Positions 23,938-36,035 of a stretch of DNA of 64,000 bases are shown piece by piece. Origin of the DNA: Callorhinchus milii. Its lineage: Eukaryota. The position numbers were made by a program, and so were the translations under genes. The stretch lies in contig NW_024704742.1 of the NCBI RefSeq assembly GCF_018977255.1, positions 94,924,001 to 94,988,000 on the forward strand. Reading direction: 5' to 3'. The notes beneath the pieces were generated by a model. It saw only the letters and a list, made by a program, of their open reading frames with translations, had not been told where the DNA came from and did no database searches. How positions within the stretch are numbered: the first letter of the stretch is position 1; the number at the start of each line of letters is the position of its first letter.

Positions 23938-26900
23938 CTATAAAATTTAATAAAAGAAAAATGAAGGCAGAGCTGCAAACCTTGCATGACACTCTCTGGA
24001 TAGTGAAATGGATTAAATTTGCTATATTAAACCTATATTTTATGCTCCTACTCCTTCCCCTCTCCCCTTTTTCCATAATGATGGATGTATATATCTTTCT
24101 GCGAAAGACAGAATGAGACAGCAATGTTGTTTCCGTATATGGTATTATAGATAATTCTGCAGCCCAGGCTCATCGGTCACTATGTGATATGCCCAGAGCC
24201 AATTTGAATAACTTCTGAAACGCTGTAAAAGAGATCTGAGAGCTGGTGACAACATCAGGGATCTTTGTAGTTTTCCACTATAACTGGAAATTCATGAAAT
24301 CACAGAAAGAATAACAGAAAGCTAGAATATAGAAACAGGCTACTCAGACCATTTAGTTTGTACTGCTGTTTTTCTCCATCACCTAGTCTGATCTCACTCT
24401 CTGGCTCCCTTCCTTTTAATGTTCCTCTTTTTCTAACATACATCTAATTCATGTATTATTTATTAATAAATAAATAATAATCATTTGTCACTACAACTGT
24501 TTGTGAGACACTGGTGTGCACAATTGGCTGCCATGTTTCATCCATAAAAATACACAGTCAATTCACTTTACAGTATATTCTGTGAAGGGTTTTGACTCGT
24601 TTCGATGATGTGATAAGGCGCTAAATCAAATGCAAGGATTATTCTCTTTAATAGACATCAAGGACTCTGCTTCACCAGTGGTTTATGATAGAGAATTCCA
24701 ATTCATTTTCTGTGTGAAGAAATGTTTGACTAACCTCTTTTTTTAATTTGGCTTGAGATTATTTTAACATTATTGACTTGCCAACCAATGGAAATAACCC
24801 ATTAAAATGTCCCCTATTATAATGTTTCATTTAGCAAACCATTGGCACCCAGTTTATTTTCTTTGGAAGTACTTAAGAAATTTAAATGTAAATCTTTGAG
24901 AAAACAGATTTCCATCCAAGGTTAAAGTCCACTCACTCAACAATCAGATCAACAGTCCTTTAATGTTTTTTGTTCACTTAAGCAAAATGATTGATTAGTA
25001 TGAAACTGCTGGCAAACAGATAATTGACTACCTTTCACATTTTCTTCCTTTTTTTAAAAAAAGAATCTTCTAAAACTGCTCATGGATGCTGTGGTATTGT
25101 TCTAAGAGTTTTAGCAGGCTGGTTAACCATGACCAATCCTGCTTTCACCCAAATTAAGACACATATTTCAGCAATCTTCACGGGATAATGGCAGTGATCA
25201 AAGGATCCTGGTACCATTGCTCACTGCAGTGCAATTGGTCTCCAGCATTCAGTTCCCCCACGGCTCTGGCTAAAATAGGATAATTCAAACACAGATCTTT
25301 AACATGAACCCTTTCAGTGGTTTTGGCTCATGCTCATTACATAGTGCAATTACCTAGTGAGCAAACGGGAAGCCCCAATTATTTTTTTTCCAATACTTGT
25401 TTTCCAAAGATGCTGCATTATTAGGGAACTTCTGCTGGTATCCTGGCCAACAACCTCCAAATAAAATTTTCATGACTGTTTGTGAGAAAATTGGCTGCTA
25501 CGTTGGCTTACAAATACACCATCACATTTTACAGTAAATCTTGTGAAGCGCTCTGAGAGATCAGCCTGACATAAAAGGCCTTATACCAAATGTAAGGATT
25601 ATGATAATTATATTTATTATTATCAATGTTCTCCTCACCCAACAAAGTCACACGTTTCAGAATCACAGGATGATATTGGGCAGAGAATGTCATTCTCCTG
25701 ACGCGAAAGGCACTATATAAATGTCACTTATATTGTACTATTATTGAAGACTTTATATTACAATATCACAAAGTGGTGCAAGAACACAGTAATAAAGTCC
25801 AAGGATGCTTATATCATTGCTCTTCTAATTCAAAACAAAAGGGATATTTCACTCTGTGCATTTGTAATCTTCAACTATTTTGACAGAAAAAACAAAAGAT
25901 TTTTTTTCTCTCAGAGATCCTGAAAGTCCTGACTATTTTTTCCATAGCTTCTATGGCTTCTAAAATGCTCTCAGAGATCCTGGTTTAGAAGCTATGATCT
26001 CAGGCCAATTACTGCTTTTCAGTCAGCAGCTGGTGCTACACACTGACTTCCTTTGCCTTGCCTGAAGGTCTCTGCACTGCTAGGACATCTTGATGATGGG
26101 ATGCCGCTGAAACTCCCAGCAGTACACAGAACGGTTCACCAGCAGGGCAGATGTGAGCTGTCGGAAGAACATCAGCAGGTGCACTGGGGCTGCTAACCCC
26201 TTAAACTGGAAAATCTTTGTCAAATTTTGAAATATGGTGGGACCCACATGCTAAATTGCTTGATTTACCAAATGGAATGCTAGATGATACCCTACAACTT
26301 AGACCACAAAATACAGTAAATCCTGTGAAGTGCTTTGAGACATCCTCCTGATGTGAAAGACACTATATCAAATGCAAGTAATATTATTATAAAAATATAC
26401 AACTTTTGTTATATCAAAATCAACCTCATAGAGTAGGGGGGCTGAGGGGAAATATCAGTTTTTTTGTATTGCATCAGTGTGGACTAATTAGGAAATTCTG
26501 ATCCTCTCATTTAAAAATGTTAAAACCAATCAATCAAATGTTTCTAAATGAGAAGATTCCAGGCAGTTAAATTAGTTAATTAATCCTTGCATTTAATATA
26601 GCGCCTTATCACATCTTTGAAATGTCTCAAAGCACTTCACTGAATATACTGTAAAGTGAATATTTTGACTGTATATTTTGTGGGCAAAACTTGAATTCAA
26701 GTTCTACTTGAATTGAGCAAGTTACTTCATAAATGAGTCTTGCACTCCAGCAACACCCCTCACTTGCATTACCTTGGTCTCCAGCATTCAGTGCCTGCAG
26801 TCAGTTTTGCTGACTTGTGCACAGCTCTATGGGAAAGATAATTGAATACTTCTCAGTATGTCTCGTTCATAGACATAGGATCAGCATCGAAAACCATTTT

Positions 26901-27447
26901 CTGGAAGAGGCTTCTGACTAAAGCTGCCCTGTAATTACCAGTTACATCCATTTCCAGGATGACCTAGAACACTGGGTGCAAAAGATCGAGTAAACATAGA
27001 CTTTGAATATTAGAGCACTTGTACCTCATTCCCTCACCACAATTTGAAATCAAGAATGTCCCAGTGAGCAGAGAATGTTCTTCCATCTGCTAGAGATGGT
27101 ACAGGACTGCTGTCCATGTCCAGACGTGCACTTCAGCATCTAGTGCCTAGGTGAAACTGCTCTAATAATGTTACAGAACAGTGCCACTGAGGTTGGTTAC
27201 TGGGCAGTTCAGCCGTTTCCCAGGCATGGGACATGGTGCACCTCTGTCAGGATGCATCACTGTCCTCTGCCCTCCTCAAAGTTAAGCCATGTGTAAATAG
27301 GGGAGATTTAGCTTCCCCATATGGTAGGTTTGACACAATATTTGCACCACAGCAGAGAGCTCCGTAAAGTTCCATGTTAACATTAATAACTCACAGGGAG
27401 TGGTGGCCTATGTAAACTCGGGAGAACAGATCAATGTACAGATTTTA

Positions 27448-27620
27448 TGTGTCTTACCTCTCATTGTAAGTTTCCTACGTCTCATTGAAGGTATCTGATC
27501 TTAGTGTAGATACCTGATCTGAGTGTAGGTGTCTTGCCTCTCATTGTAGGTGTCTGATCTCATTGTAGCTATCTTTCTTCCCATTTTAAGTATCTTATAT
27601 TTCAGTTTAGTTGTCTTATT
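27448..27620. repeat. Degenerate tandem repeat (gtgtcttacctctcattgtag-like, ~18-22 bp)
   Basis: Recurrent tctcattgta(a/g) units. Confidence 0.7.
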
Positions 27621-28259
27621 GCTCACTCACAAGTTAAATCTTAAGGCTGGCAGTAAGCCATGCTTATGCATCTTGAAAAAAAACCAGAATAACAAACATT
27701 GATGGCACAGATTGTTGATATACATTGCCTCATGCAAGCAGTTTGACAATGCACTGCACTTGCTTTCCACACTTATTTTAAACAAGTCAGTTTCTTTATG
27801 TTGAGAAATCTATCTCCAAGCTATACTATTACTATACAATATTGGTAAAGTTATGATAGATGTTTTCAAAAAAAATCAAGATCAATTTGTAAGTTCACAA
27901 CATACTATGCCATGGCTTTACGTACTGATAATGATCTGTACATAAAATAATTATTTACTTTGTTTAAAAACTATTTTTTGTTGCAAACTTCAACATAGCA
28001 GTACCTATCCTTGCATCAAAGGAGAGCTCTTGATTAAGTTTTGTGTGTGGATACAGGGAACAAAGCAGTCATGGGCTCGACCAACACTCACTATTCTGAA
28101 GCAAGTGTGGACTTACTCCTACCTCAGCAAAAAGCTACACCCTCCCCACCTACTGGCTACACTGGTACTGCAGTATTGCCATTCTAAACTGAGCTTCTAT
28201 AGAATTTATGATGAGCAATTGCCACCATTTTGCTGCTTTGTCTCATTAAAATAATAAGC

Positions 28260-28660
28260 CTATAATTATAATCTTTGCATATGATATAGCGCCTTATCAC
28301 GTCATCGTAAAAAGCTTCACAGGATTCTACTATTGTGTCAGTGACTGTGTATTTGTAGGCAAACGTGGCAGCCAATTTGTGCACAGCAATGTCCCACCAA
28401 AAAGCCATGAAGTGAATCATTGATTTTAATTGCAGGATTTTGGGCCTAGACCCAAGGAGGAACTCCTTGCTCCTTTCAAATAGTGCAACGGGATCTTTAA
28501 CATTCACCTGACCTCACCTTAACTTCTCCTCTTACGAACGGCACCTTCAACAATGCAGCACACCTCCAGCACTGCACTGGAATATCTGCCTGGACTGTGA
28601 CAACACACAACCTTCTGACTCAGAAGTGGGAGTGCTACCAACTGAGCCAGGCTGACACCT
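28260..28660 (-). mobile_element. Older Deu-domain-type SINE
   Basis: gggatctttaacattcacctga core, head and L2-like tail. Confidence 0.72.
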
Positions 28661-28974
28661 GCCATGACTAAGGCAGTGACGCGCTGCATAGGAACCTACA
28701 GAATTGGTTCTCCACTCTGATTATCACTTGCACCTCATATGGGAGCACAAGCTATTCAATGCTTTCCTATCCAAAGACACTTTCAATTGTATTTGAAGGG
28801 AAACACTGATGTACTTAAAATTTAACATAAAATAAGGATTTTTTTGAGATTGTATTTTAATTGTGTTTCATTTATAGTGTGACCTTCACCATCAGAACCC
28901 TTCATAAAGAAAGTTATTGCAAAGAATTATGAATGGTGATGACGTACTTTCTTAAGTTCTGTCCGTGCTTTTAG

Positions 28975-29540
28975 AATACAAATTTACATTTATTTAGCAT
29001 TTTTCATGTTGGACATCTTTCATGTTGGAAAAACATCCCAGAGCGCATAACAGCACTGGCTCCGAACTGGGGGTGGGAGCCAAGGGCAGTGGGGAGGAAA
29101 AAGATGAATGAAAGCACAGTCAAAGAGATAGGACTTAAGATCATCTTGAACAAGTTGAGGAAGGGAAGGGTTTCAGAGGGACTCGGGGATCAAGTTCTAG
29201 AGAGTAGCAGAAAGGGGGGCAGAAAGAGGGGCAGAAAGCCCGCTTGCTGATTGTGGGTCGGGTGAAGCAGGGAACACGGAGGAGGAAAGTGCTCCCTGAA
29301 GGGAGCAGCCGGGCTGGTAGGTTTGAATCAGAACAGCAGTGGTTCTGCAATGGAGAGTGGAGCCAGAGAGATAGATAGAGATGGGTGTCATCCGTATACA
29401 TGTGGAAGTTAACCTCTTAGTGAAAGTTCACCTTGTGTCTGGGGATGACATCGTCGAGTGAGAGTATATAGATCATGACGAGGAGGGGTGTCAGCATCTG
29501 AGGTGAGGTGACTGGACGCAAGTAGGAGAACCTCTTTTTA
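28975..29540 (-). mobile_element. L2 LINE fragment, heavily deleted
   Basis: MYTDDTHLYLS (YADD-like) joined to 3' UTR and tail sequence shared with the other L2 copies. Confidence 0.75.
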
Positions 29541-32500
29541 GAACAGTTTTGTTTAAATGTTGTCAACTTATGATGTTTGGAGTAGTCTGGGAAATGATGC
29601 AGAGTCTGACAATGAGCGAGAGCTGAATTAATGCACGTACTTCATGCTCAGTACCCTTAGATTAAGGCTGGTGTTTCTGTGGATGACAATTGAGCTTCCG
29701 TGCATTGTCAGCATCAATAGATGATTCAGTCTCATATTCCCATCTACGACATCGAGATTAACAACAACAAGATTATATTTGTATAGTGCCTTTCACGTCA
29801 GGAGGACATCCCAAGGCGCTGGGCAGAGTACAGCATTTCAGACAAAATGATTAAGATTAAGATGAAAATATCCAAAGACCAACAGAATTGGATGTTACAA
29901 AAAGAAGCAAATGTTAATCAAATTCCTCGCAATTGTCTTATTTTTAAAATTGGCCGCTGTAGTGGGAGGCTCTCTCTCAGGCTTTGAATTGCCTGGGAAA
30001 TGGAATACTGCTACTCAATGAAAGAACGGGGAAAAGCCCACTTATACTAACAACAGCACGTTACTTACATCACTACCACACCACTCAATACTTGTGAAAG
30101 ACTTCAGGTATCAGAGGTCCCTTTTTCTCTTTTTATTATAAACCCAGTGGAGATTGGAAAACAAACTTCACAGCAATAATTGTGTGTGTCCGTGCCCTGT
30201 ATTAAAGCTTTACAGTAGCCCACAGTTGCACAATATCAAAAATTATCCCCAAGTTTCTATCAACGAAGAAACGCATAGCTTGAGCAATCTATAGAGGTTT
30301 CTTTGATGCAAGTGGACAGACAGACATAGGACAAAACACTTCTGACCTTGAAACTGATTTATTGATTATCCAGCGCTCCTCTTAACAGAGCGAAAACTGA
30401 AACCGTTCTTACTGAATCATTAATGAATCCACATGCAGCGAATTTTCCATCATAGCTCTCATTTAACTATTGCATTCGCCAAGCTTTCTCCTTTGACAAC
30501 AACCAAAGAAGAAACAAAACCAAATTGAAGCAACAGTGCACCTTTGTATTGCTTCAACTCCTAAATCTTGTTCTCTTTTAATAAAGAATAAGATTCTTTT
30601 GTAAACTTTCAACAAACACTGAATATGATTGGAATTGCAACATTGCAGCATAGCCAATTTGTAGACTTTCTTCAACCTTTTTCCCCCTCCTCTTGAATCG
30701 CTAACCCCTTAACGATAGAGTCTTTTTTAAACATTATTGCTTGACAATTTAAACCGGGTAACTGCCCATGATCATAACATTACTATTGATGTAGCACCTC
30801 CTTAAATGATCAATGTCAAACCATTTCAGCTTTTACAACTGGCTCTAATCTTTTCATGAAAAACAGATAGGAAATTACATTTAAAAAGTAAACATCCTCA
30901 ATCATCAGTTTTGTAATTTTAACAATACAAGTTGTTGAAAACATTGAATTCGAGATCTTGCTTTTAAAGTGAGAAGATTAAGAGCAATCTGACTTATTCG
31001 CACCGAACTGTTTATTATAGATCATGCCCTCGCTGCACCATATGTTGTGTACTTTCTGGTATTCAAATCATTTAGAGGTTGTCTGTACATTCAAGGTGAA
31101 AGCATGGTGATCTTTGTTGTAATCAATACAACAGTGCCACTTTACATGGCCACAAAGGAGCACAGAGGCTGCGCTCTAATAAAATTGTGGCTTACTTCTG
31201 AAGCAATTGCAATGTCTGGACACACATTTAAAAATAGTGTTCTGTACACCATAGTAATCTCATTTTTCAGGTCTAATTTTAGGACTGCTGACGTCAAACT
31301 ACAGAGAAAGTTTTTTGCAAAAACACAAAGGTCACTGATAGTTGGAGGAAAGTACAGACAATCAGTATGTGCCAGTAGTCGTTCCATCTTGGGTCATACA
31401 ATCTCTTACCAGATCAAATTCATACCTATAGATTTTAGCTCTTGAAGTATTAACAGAGTCTAACCTATTCCCTAACAATCATTGTGCACATTGGTTTCAA
31501 GTGGTTCTCAACAGATACAAGTGACCTCTGTCACTGGCATGACATATTCTCTTAATCTGTGCTTTGTTAATTCTTGAGCACTGAATGTCAATGTCCACTA
31601 CTAGTCAGTTATAAGACTCATACAGTAAAACTCCACCCTGCCAGTATAAACTATACTTTCGCCCACAAAATACACAGTCAACCATTTTGCAGTATATCCT
31701 ATGAAAGCGCTTTGAGACGTCTCAACGATGTAATAGGGCGCTATATCAAATGCAAGGATTATTATTATACTTAGACAACAGTGAAAGACACTTCATGAGA
31801 TTAAGCATGAGAACAAGCAGGGTAGGAGATGGGAGGTGGTGTCAGGAGGGAGGGGACCAAAAGCTTCCAAATACTTCAACCTTACACTCACACTCTCGGC
31901 TTTTAGAACCCATCTAAAAATCGAATGCAAAGACATAGACTTTTAGAAAAAAAACTCAGTTTTGAAGCCGAGAAGGAGAGAACAAAGCAGAGATATTTAG
32001 GGAATGAGTTCTACAGAGTGGGGGAGGAGAGAAAAAGTGGCTGAAAACTTGTCCACCAATGGTGGAGCTGAGGGGATGAGGATGTGAAACAGGTATGAGT
32101 TAGCAGAGTGGTAAGAGTGGGTGGGGGAGACATGCCGCAGGAAATCCCAATGGTGGGGTGGGGCAGGGGCATTCGAGCATTAGAGTGAGGAGGAGATTGC
32201 AAAACTAATTTTATCTGATGACTTATACAATATCATCTGAGAGTGCTGCTTATAATTGGCTTCATTATTCTCAATATAGCGCTGTAACATGATATGACTG
32301 CATCAATATGGTAAAACTATCCACCTTCATTTGTAAGAACCAAACTTTCCAGCTTGGCTAAAAATATCAGGAACTAAACAACATGCTATTCTACTGTTTA
32401 TTGCGTTGCTGAAATAATCATTTTTATATAGCCAGTCAGGCTGGCTTGTGCTCATGGTGGTGAGAGAGGGGATGTGGAATGTGGTATAAAGTATGTTGGT

Positions 32501-34179
32501 CCCTATAAGTATGAGTCTTCATGGTTTGCAATTTGGAACTGTATTTAGAAAGTCACAATGTCAGATCTCTTACTGAATTGGTAAATGACTTACCTCCCAG
32601 GCATGAAGGAAAATATGACAACAACAACTTGTATTTTTATAGTGCCCTTCACGCAGTGTACCATCTCGGAACACTTAACCTGGGAAGAAGCCCAGTTGTC
32701 CCTGCCATATACATTTCTGCGTAAGGTAATGCTGTTTTTAGTGCCCCATTGTACGTAAATTAGTCATCATACAATAGTACAGCTCCTGTGGTCTGCACCT
32801 AATTACATAAAAAGCTGTTTGTAAGAACGCATTTTGAAAGTTGCCATGGAAGTTCAGTACTTGAGGGGTTGATTGTGGTATCATGCAGTATCACAATTAC
32901 TGGTACTAGTCTAGTACCATGCAACCTCTGCAAGTCACACAGTAGCTGTGTTTTTGATTTACGTAATCATCTTTATGTTTGCTACACAGATACATGTTTC
33001 AAAGGTAACAGTCTTATTCCTTGATCTAGTTTCTCACACATTACTGAAATAGATAGTATTAAAGGAGAACAAATCTCCAGTAACTCCAACTATAGTGCTT
33101 CTCCCAGAACATTTCAAATCTCCTGAATAGGAGAAGAGATATTCCTGTATTGTCAGACATACAGCAGAGTGTTGCTGAGATGAAGGGGTGATGTTCTGCA
33201 TTAAGCCGCATAGGAACATAGGATAATAGGAACAGGAGTAGCCCATTGAGCCCTTCGAGCCTGTTCCACCAATTTATTAGATCATGGCCGACCTGTGCCT
33301 CAACTCCAATTTTCCGCCTTTGGCCCATATCCCTTGTTACCCTTACTTAACAAAATCGATTCACCTCAGTCTTGAAAATGTGAATTGGTCCAACATCCAG
33401 AGCCTTTTGGGAGAGATAGTTGCAGATTTCCACTATCCTTTGGGCAGCTGTCATTCTGAAAGGGGAGCAGCATCTGCACCAGGTCTGCTACTCCATTGCC
33501 TTTATTGGTACTAGCTACAAATGCATGCAAGGTCAAGCTCAGTGCTGTGAGCCAGTCGAGTGAACAGACCTGAAGCTCAATCTGCATTTTAGACTAAGGT
33601 ATGCAGTTCCACCAGTGCTTTCCCACGTGTTTCCAATGTTTTTTTCATGGCAAATGTCAGATTTGGAGACACAGACATGGAAAAAAACAAATTCCATTTG
33701 GAGCAATAAATGAGCCAATAAAGGGGAAGTTCAGAGTCAAACTGGGCAAAAACTGTTAAGTTCCAATACATCCAGGTGGCATTGGTTTATTCAGTTATGT
33801 GATGATCCAAACCTACTTAGGAAAACTGTCAGACCATCTGACATTGATGCTGATTAAATCTGCTGAGCTGCTGCCAGTTAAGTAGAAGCCTATGTTCCAT
33901 GATTTTCTTTTCATTACAGGCTATTCTTTCTCAAGCTAAGATTTCCCTTAAAACTCAAACCACTAAGCGCAACACAATAAATTTACCTACAGATATTCCA
34001 CAGTGTTTCACCTGAATGAAGTTAGTAAATCCCAGTCAAACTTTTGTAAATCACTAACCAAATGTTTATATCAGTATAGCCTCACTGTAGAGAAAGTTAC
34101 CCAAAAATATTCCTCATCACCCAGTTTGAACAGAGAGTGTTCTGCTACACTTCAGCACAATGTAATAAAACTTTCTTAC

Positions 34180-34279
34180 CTTTCATTCCAAACTTTGCAT
34201 GCTTTCCAAACTTGAAGATTATTAGTACCAGTATCAACCCAGTGAATACCAATGCTGTGGTCCCAACGACAACATACAC
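34180..34279 (-). CDS. NTRK2: TrkB-type transmembrane + KFG exon (100 nt)
   Basis: cttctttctctcag acceptor, gtaaga donor, phase 0-1. VYVVVGTTALVFTGLILVLIIFKFGKHAKFGMK. Confidence 0.96.
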
Positions 34280-35699
34280 CTGAGAGAAGAAGTTTGGTAC
34301 AGGGTTAGGCATTGGGAGTCAGCTTTGTTTTACATGATCTTTAATCATTCTGCATTGGTGATGATGATCCAGAAAATGATTGATCTTATACTATCTTTGT
34401 AACTTGTCCTTATTTACTTTATGATTTTATACATCCAAAACAAATTTCAAGCATAAGTTGATAAGAAATATGAGGAATCAGGAAAAAAAATGCAGCCCAC
34501 TGCAGTCCATTCACTGTCCCAACATAACATTTAATTCTATATTAAATACACATAATGATTTGGCCTCTTTGAGTTGGTGTGATAAATTACTTCCAAATGA
34601 CAAATATGCTGTTCATAATTAAAATACATTTATAAATAATCTAAATATTCAAAACAATCTGGGGAAAGTTAGAAGTAAATTCACAGCCCTTGCAATTCTA
34701 GCACAGAATGAGCCTTGCCAAACCGCTGGTGCCCTCGTGATACTCCTGCCAAGAGAAAGCAATACTCTCACTTCCACTCTTCAATATAAGCAAACGATTG
34801 GAAAGATTTTCCTCATGCTCCTCAGTAGGAACAATGAACCAGCACAAAACAAATACAAAAGAAAATCAACCCACCGCGACTTTCAGGATGGAAAACGATC
34901 GAGCTATGTAATTTGTTGATCACTTCGCATTTTGTTTCTGTGGGAAACTATTGCAGTCCAAAGATTGTGATTTGGTGCATTTTAAGCAATAGTTTTTGAG
35001 CGGATGCCAAATTGATTTACAACGTTTATATTTATGCTATCCTTACTTCCATTTATACGGTGCAAATCAATGTGCTGGCAAAACCACTTTCCTCAAGGTG
35101 ATCTCAGCAACCAGGCTGTATTCTGAATCACTTTACAATAGTTTGTTTTACACCCAGTTTAGCTTTTTTGTGTTGATTCAACACAATAATATATCCAGGG
35201 ATGTATTACATTACAGCATCCAATTGTACTTTGAATAACCCCAATCATTTTTTTTGCTTCTATTGTCTTGCCTTCATAGATTATTCCAAAAATTATGAGC
35301 AAAGACGCTTTTCCCGACATCTGGACTAAATTTCCTATTTATGTCCTCTGATCCTACTTTCTTGGCTGAAAGTAATAATTTGGGTTTACTTTATCTATAT
35401 CATTTTTAAATATTTGGATGTGTTTTCCCCTTTGCTACGTTCTTTCCATACTCTGAAGCTCATGTTTCTCGAATTACAGGATAACAAGAGATGATTATCT
35501 CACTTATATCTGAGACCGATCATTATATATTGTTTTAGTATAACTGTTTTGTGGCAAAGTGGACAAAACTGAACACAGAATTTTCAATATTATCTGACCA
35601 GTCCATTTTAAAGTCATGGCCTAATTTCTGTAGCATTGTCCAGCTAAGCTGTCAGAGCCAAGTGTCAATCCTATATATGTATATATATATATATATGGA

Positions 35700-36035
35700 T
35701 GACGCCAACAGTGCAGCTCTCCCCCAACAGTTTACTGGAGTGTCAGCCTGCCCTATATATGTTGGCGTCATCCTTCAGTTGAGACTTTGAAGCAAAGTCC
35801 TGTCTGCCTGGTCAGATGGATGTTAAAGATCCCGCTGCACTATTCTAAAAGAGAAGGCAGTTTCTCTAGGTGTCCTGGACAACAATCTGCCAGTGGGACA
35901 CTGATGTACACAAATTGCTACTTGTTTGTCTCCAAAATACATAGTCATTACACTTTACAGTAAATCCTGTGAAACACTTTGGAGACAGGTTCCTGACATG
36001 AAAGACATTATATAAAATGCAAGGTTTATTATTAT
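35700..36035 (+). mobile_element. Older Deu-domain-type SINE
   Basis: gtcctgtctgcctggtcagatggatgttaaagatccc core plus tail. Confidence 0.7.

Noticed and set aside
30463..30560. SIWFCFFFGCCQRRK loosely resembling the human 48-nt cassette DFSWFGFGKVKSRQGV
   Set aside because: No convincing acceptor/donor pair in the right phase; low-complexity match.
31047..31445. 132-aa plus-strand ORF (likewise 37463-37885 and 3317-3739 on minus)
   Set aside because: No recognisable domain or exon structure; consistent with chance intronic ORFs.
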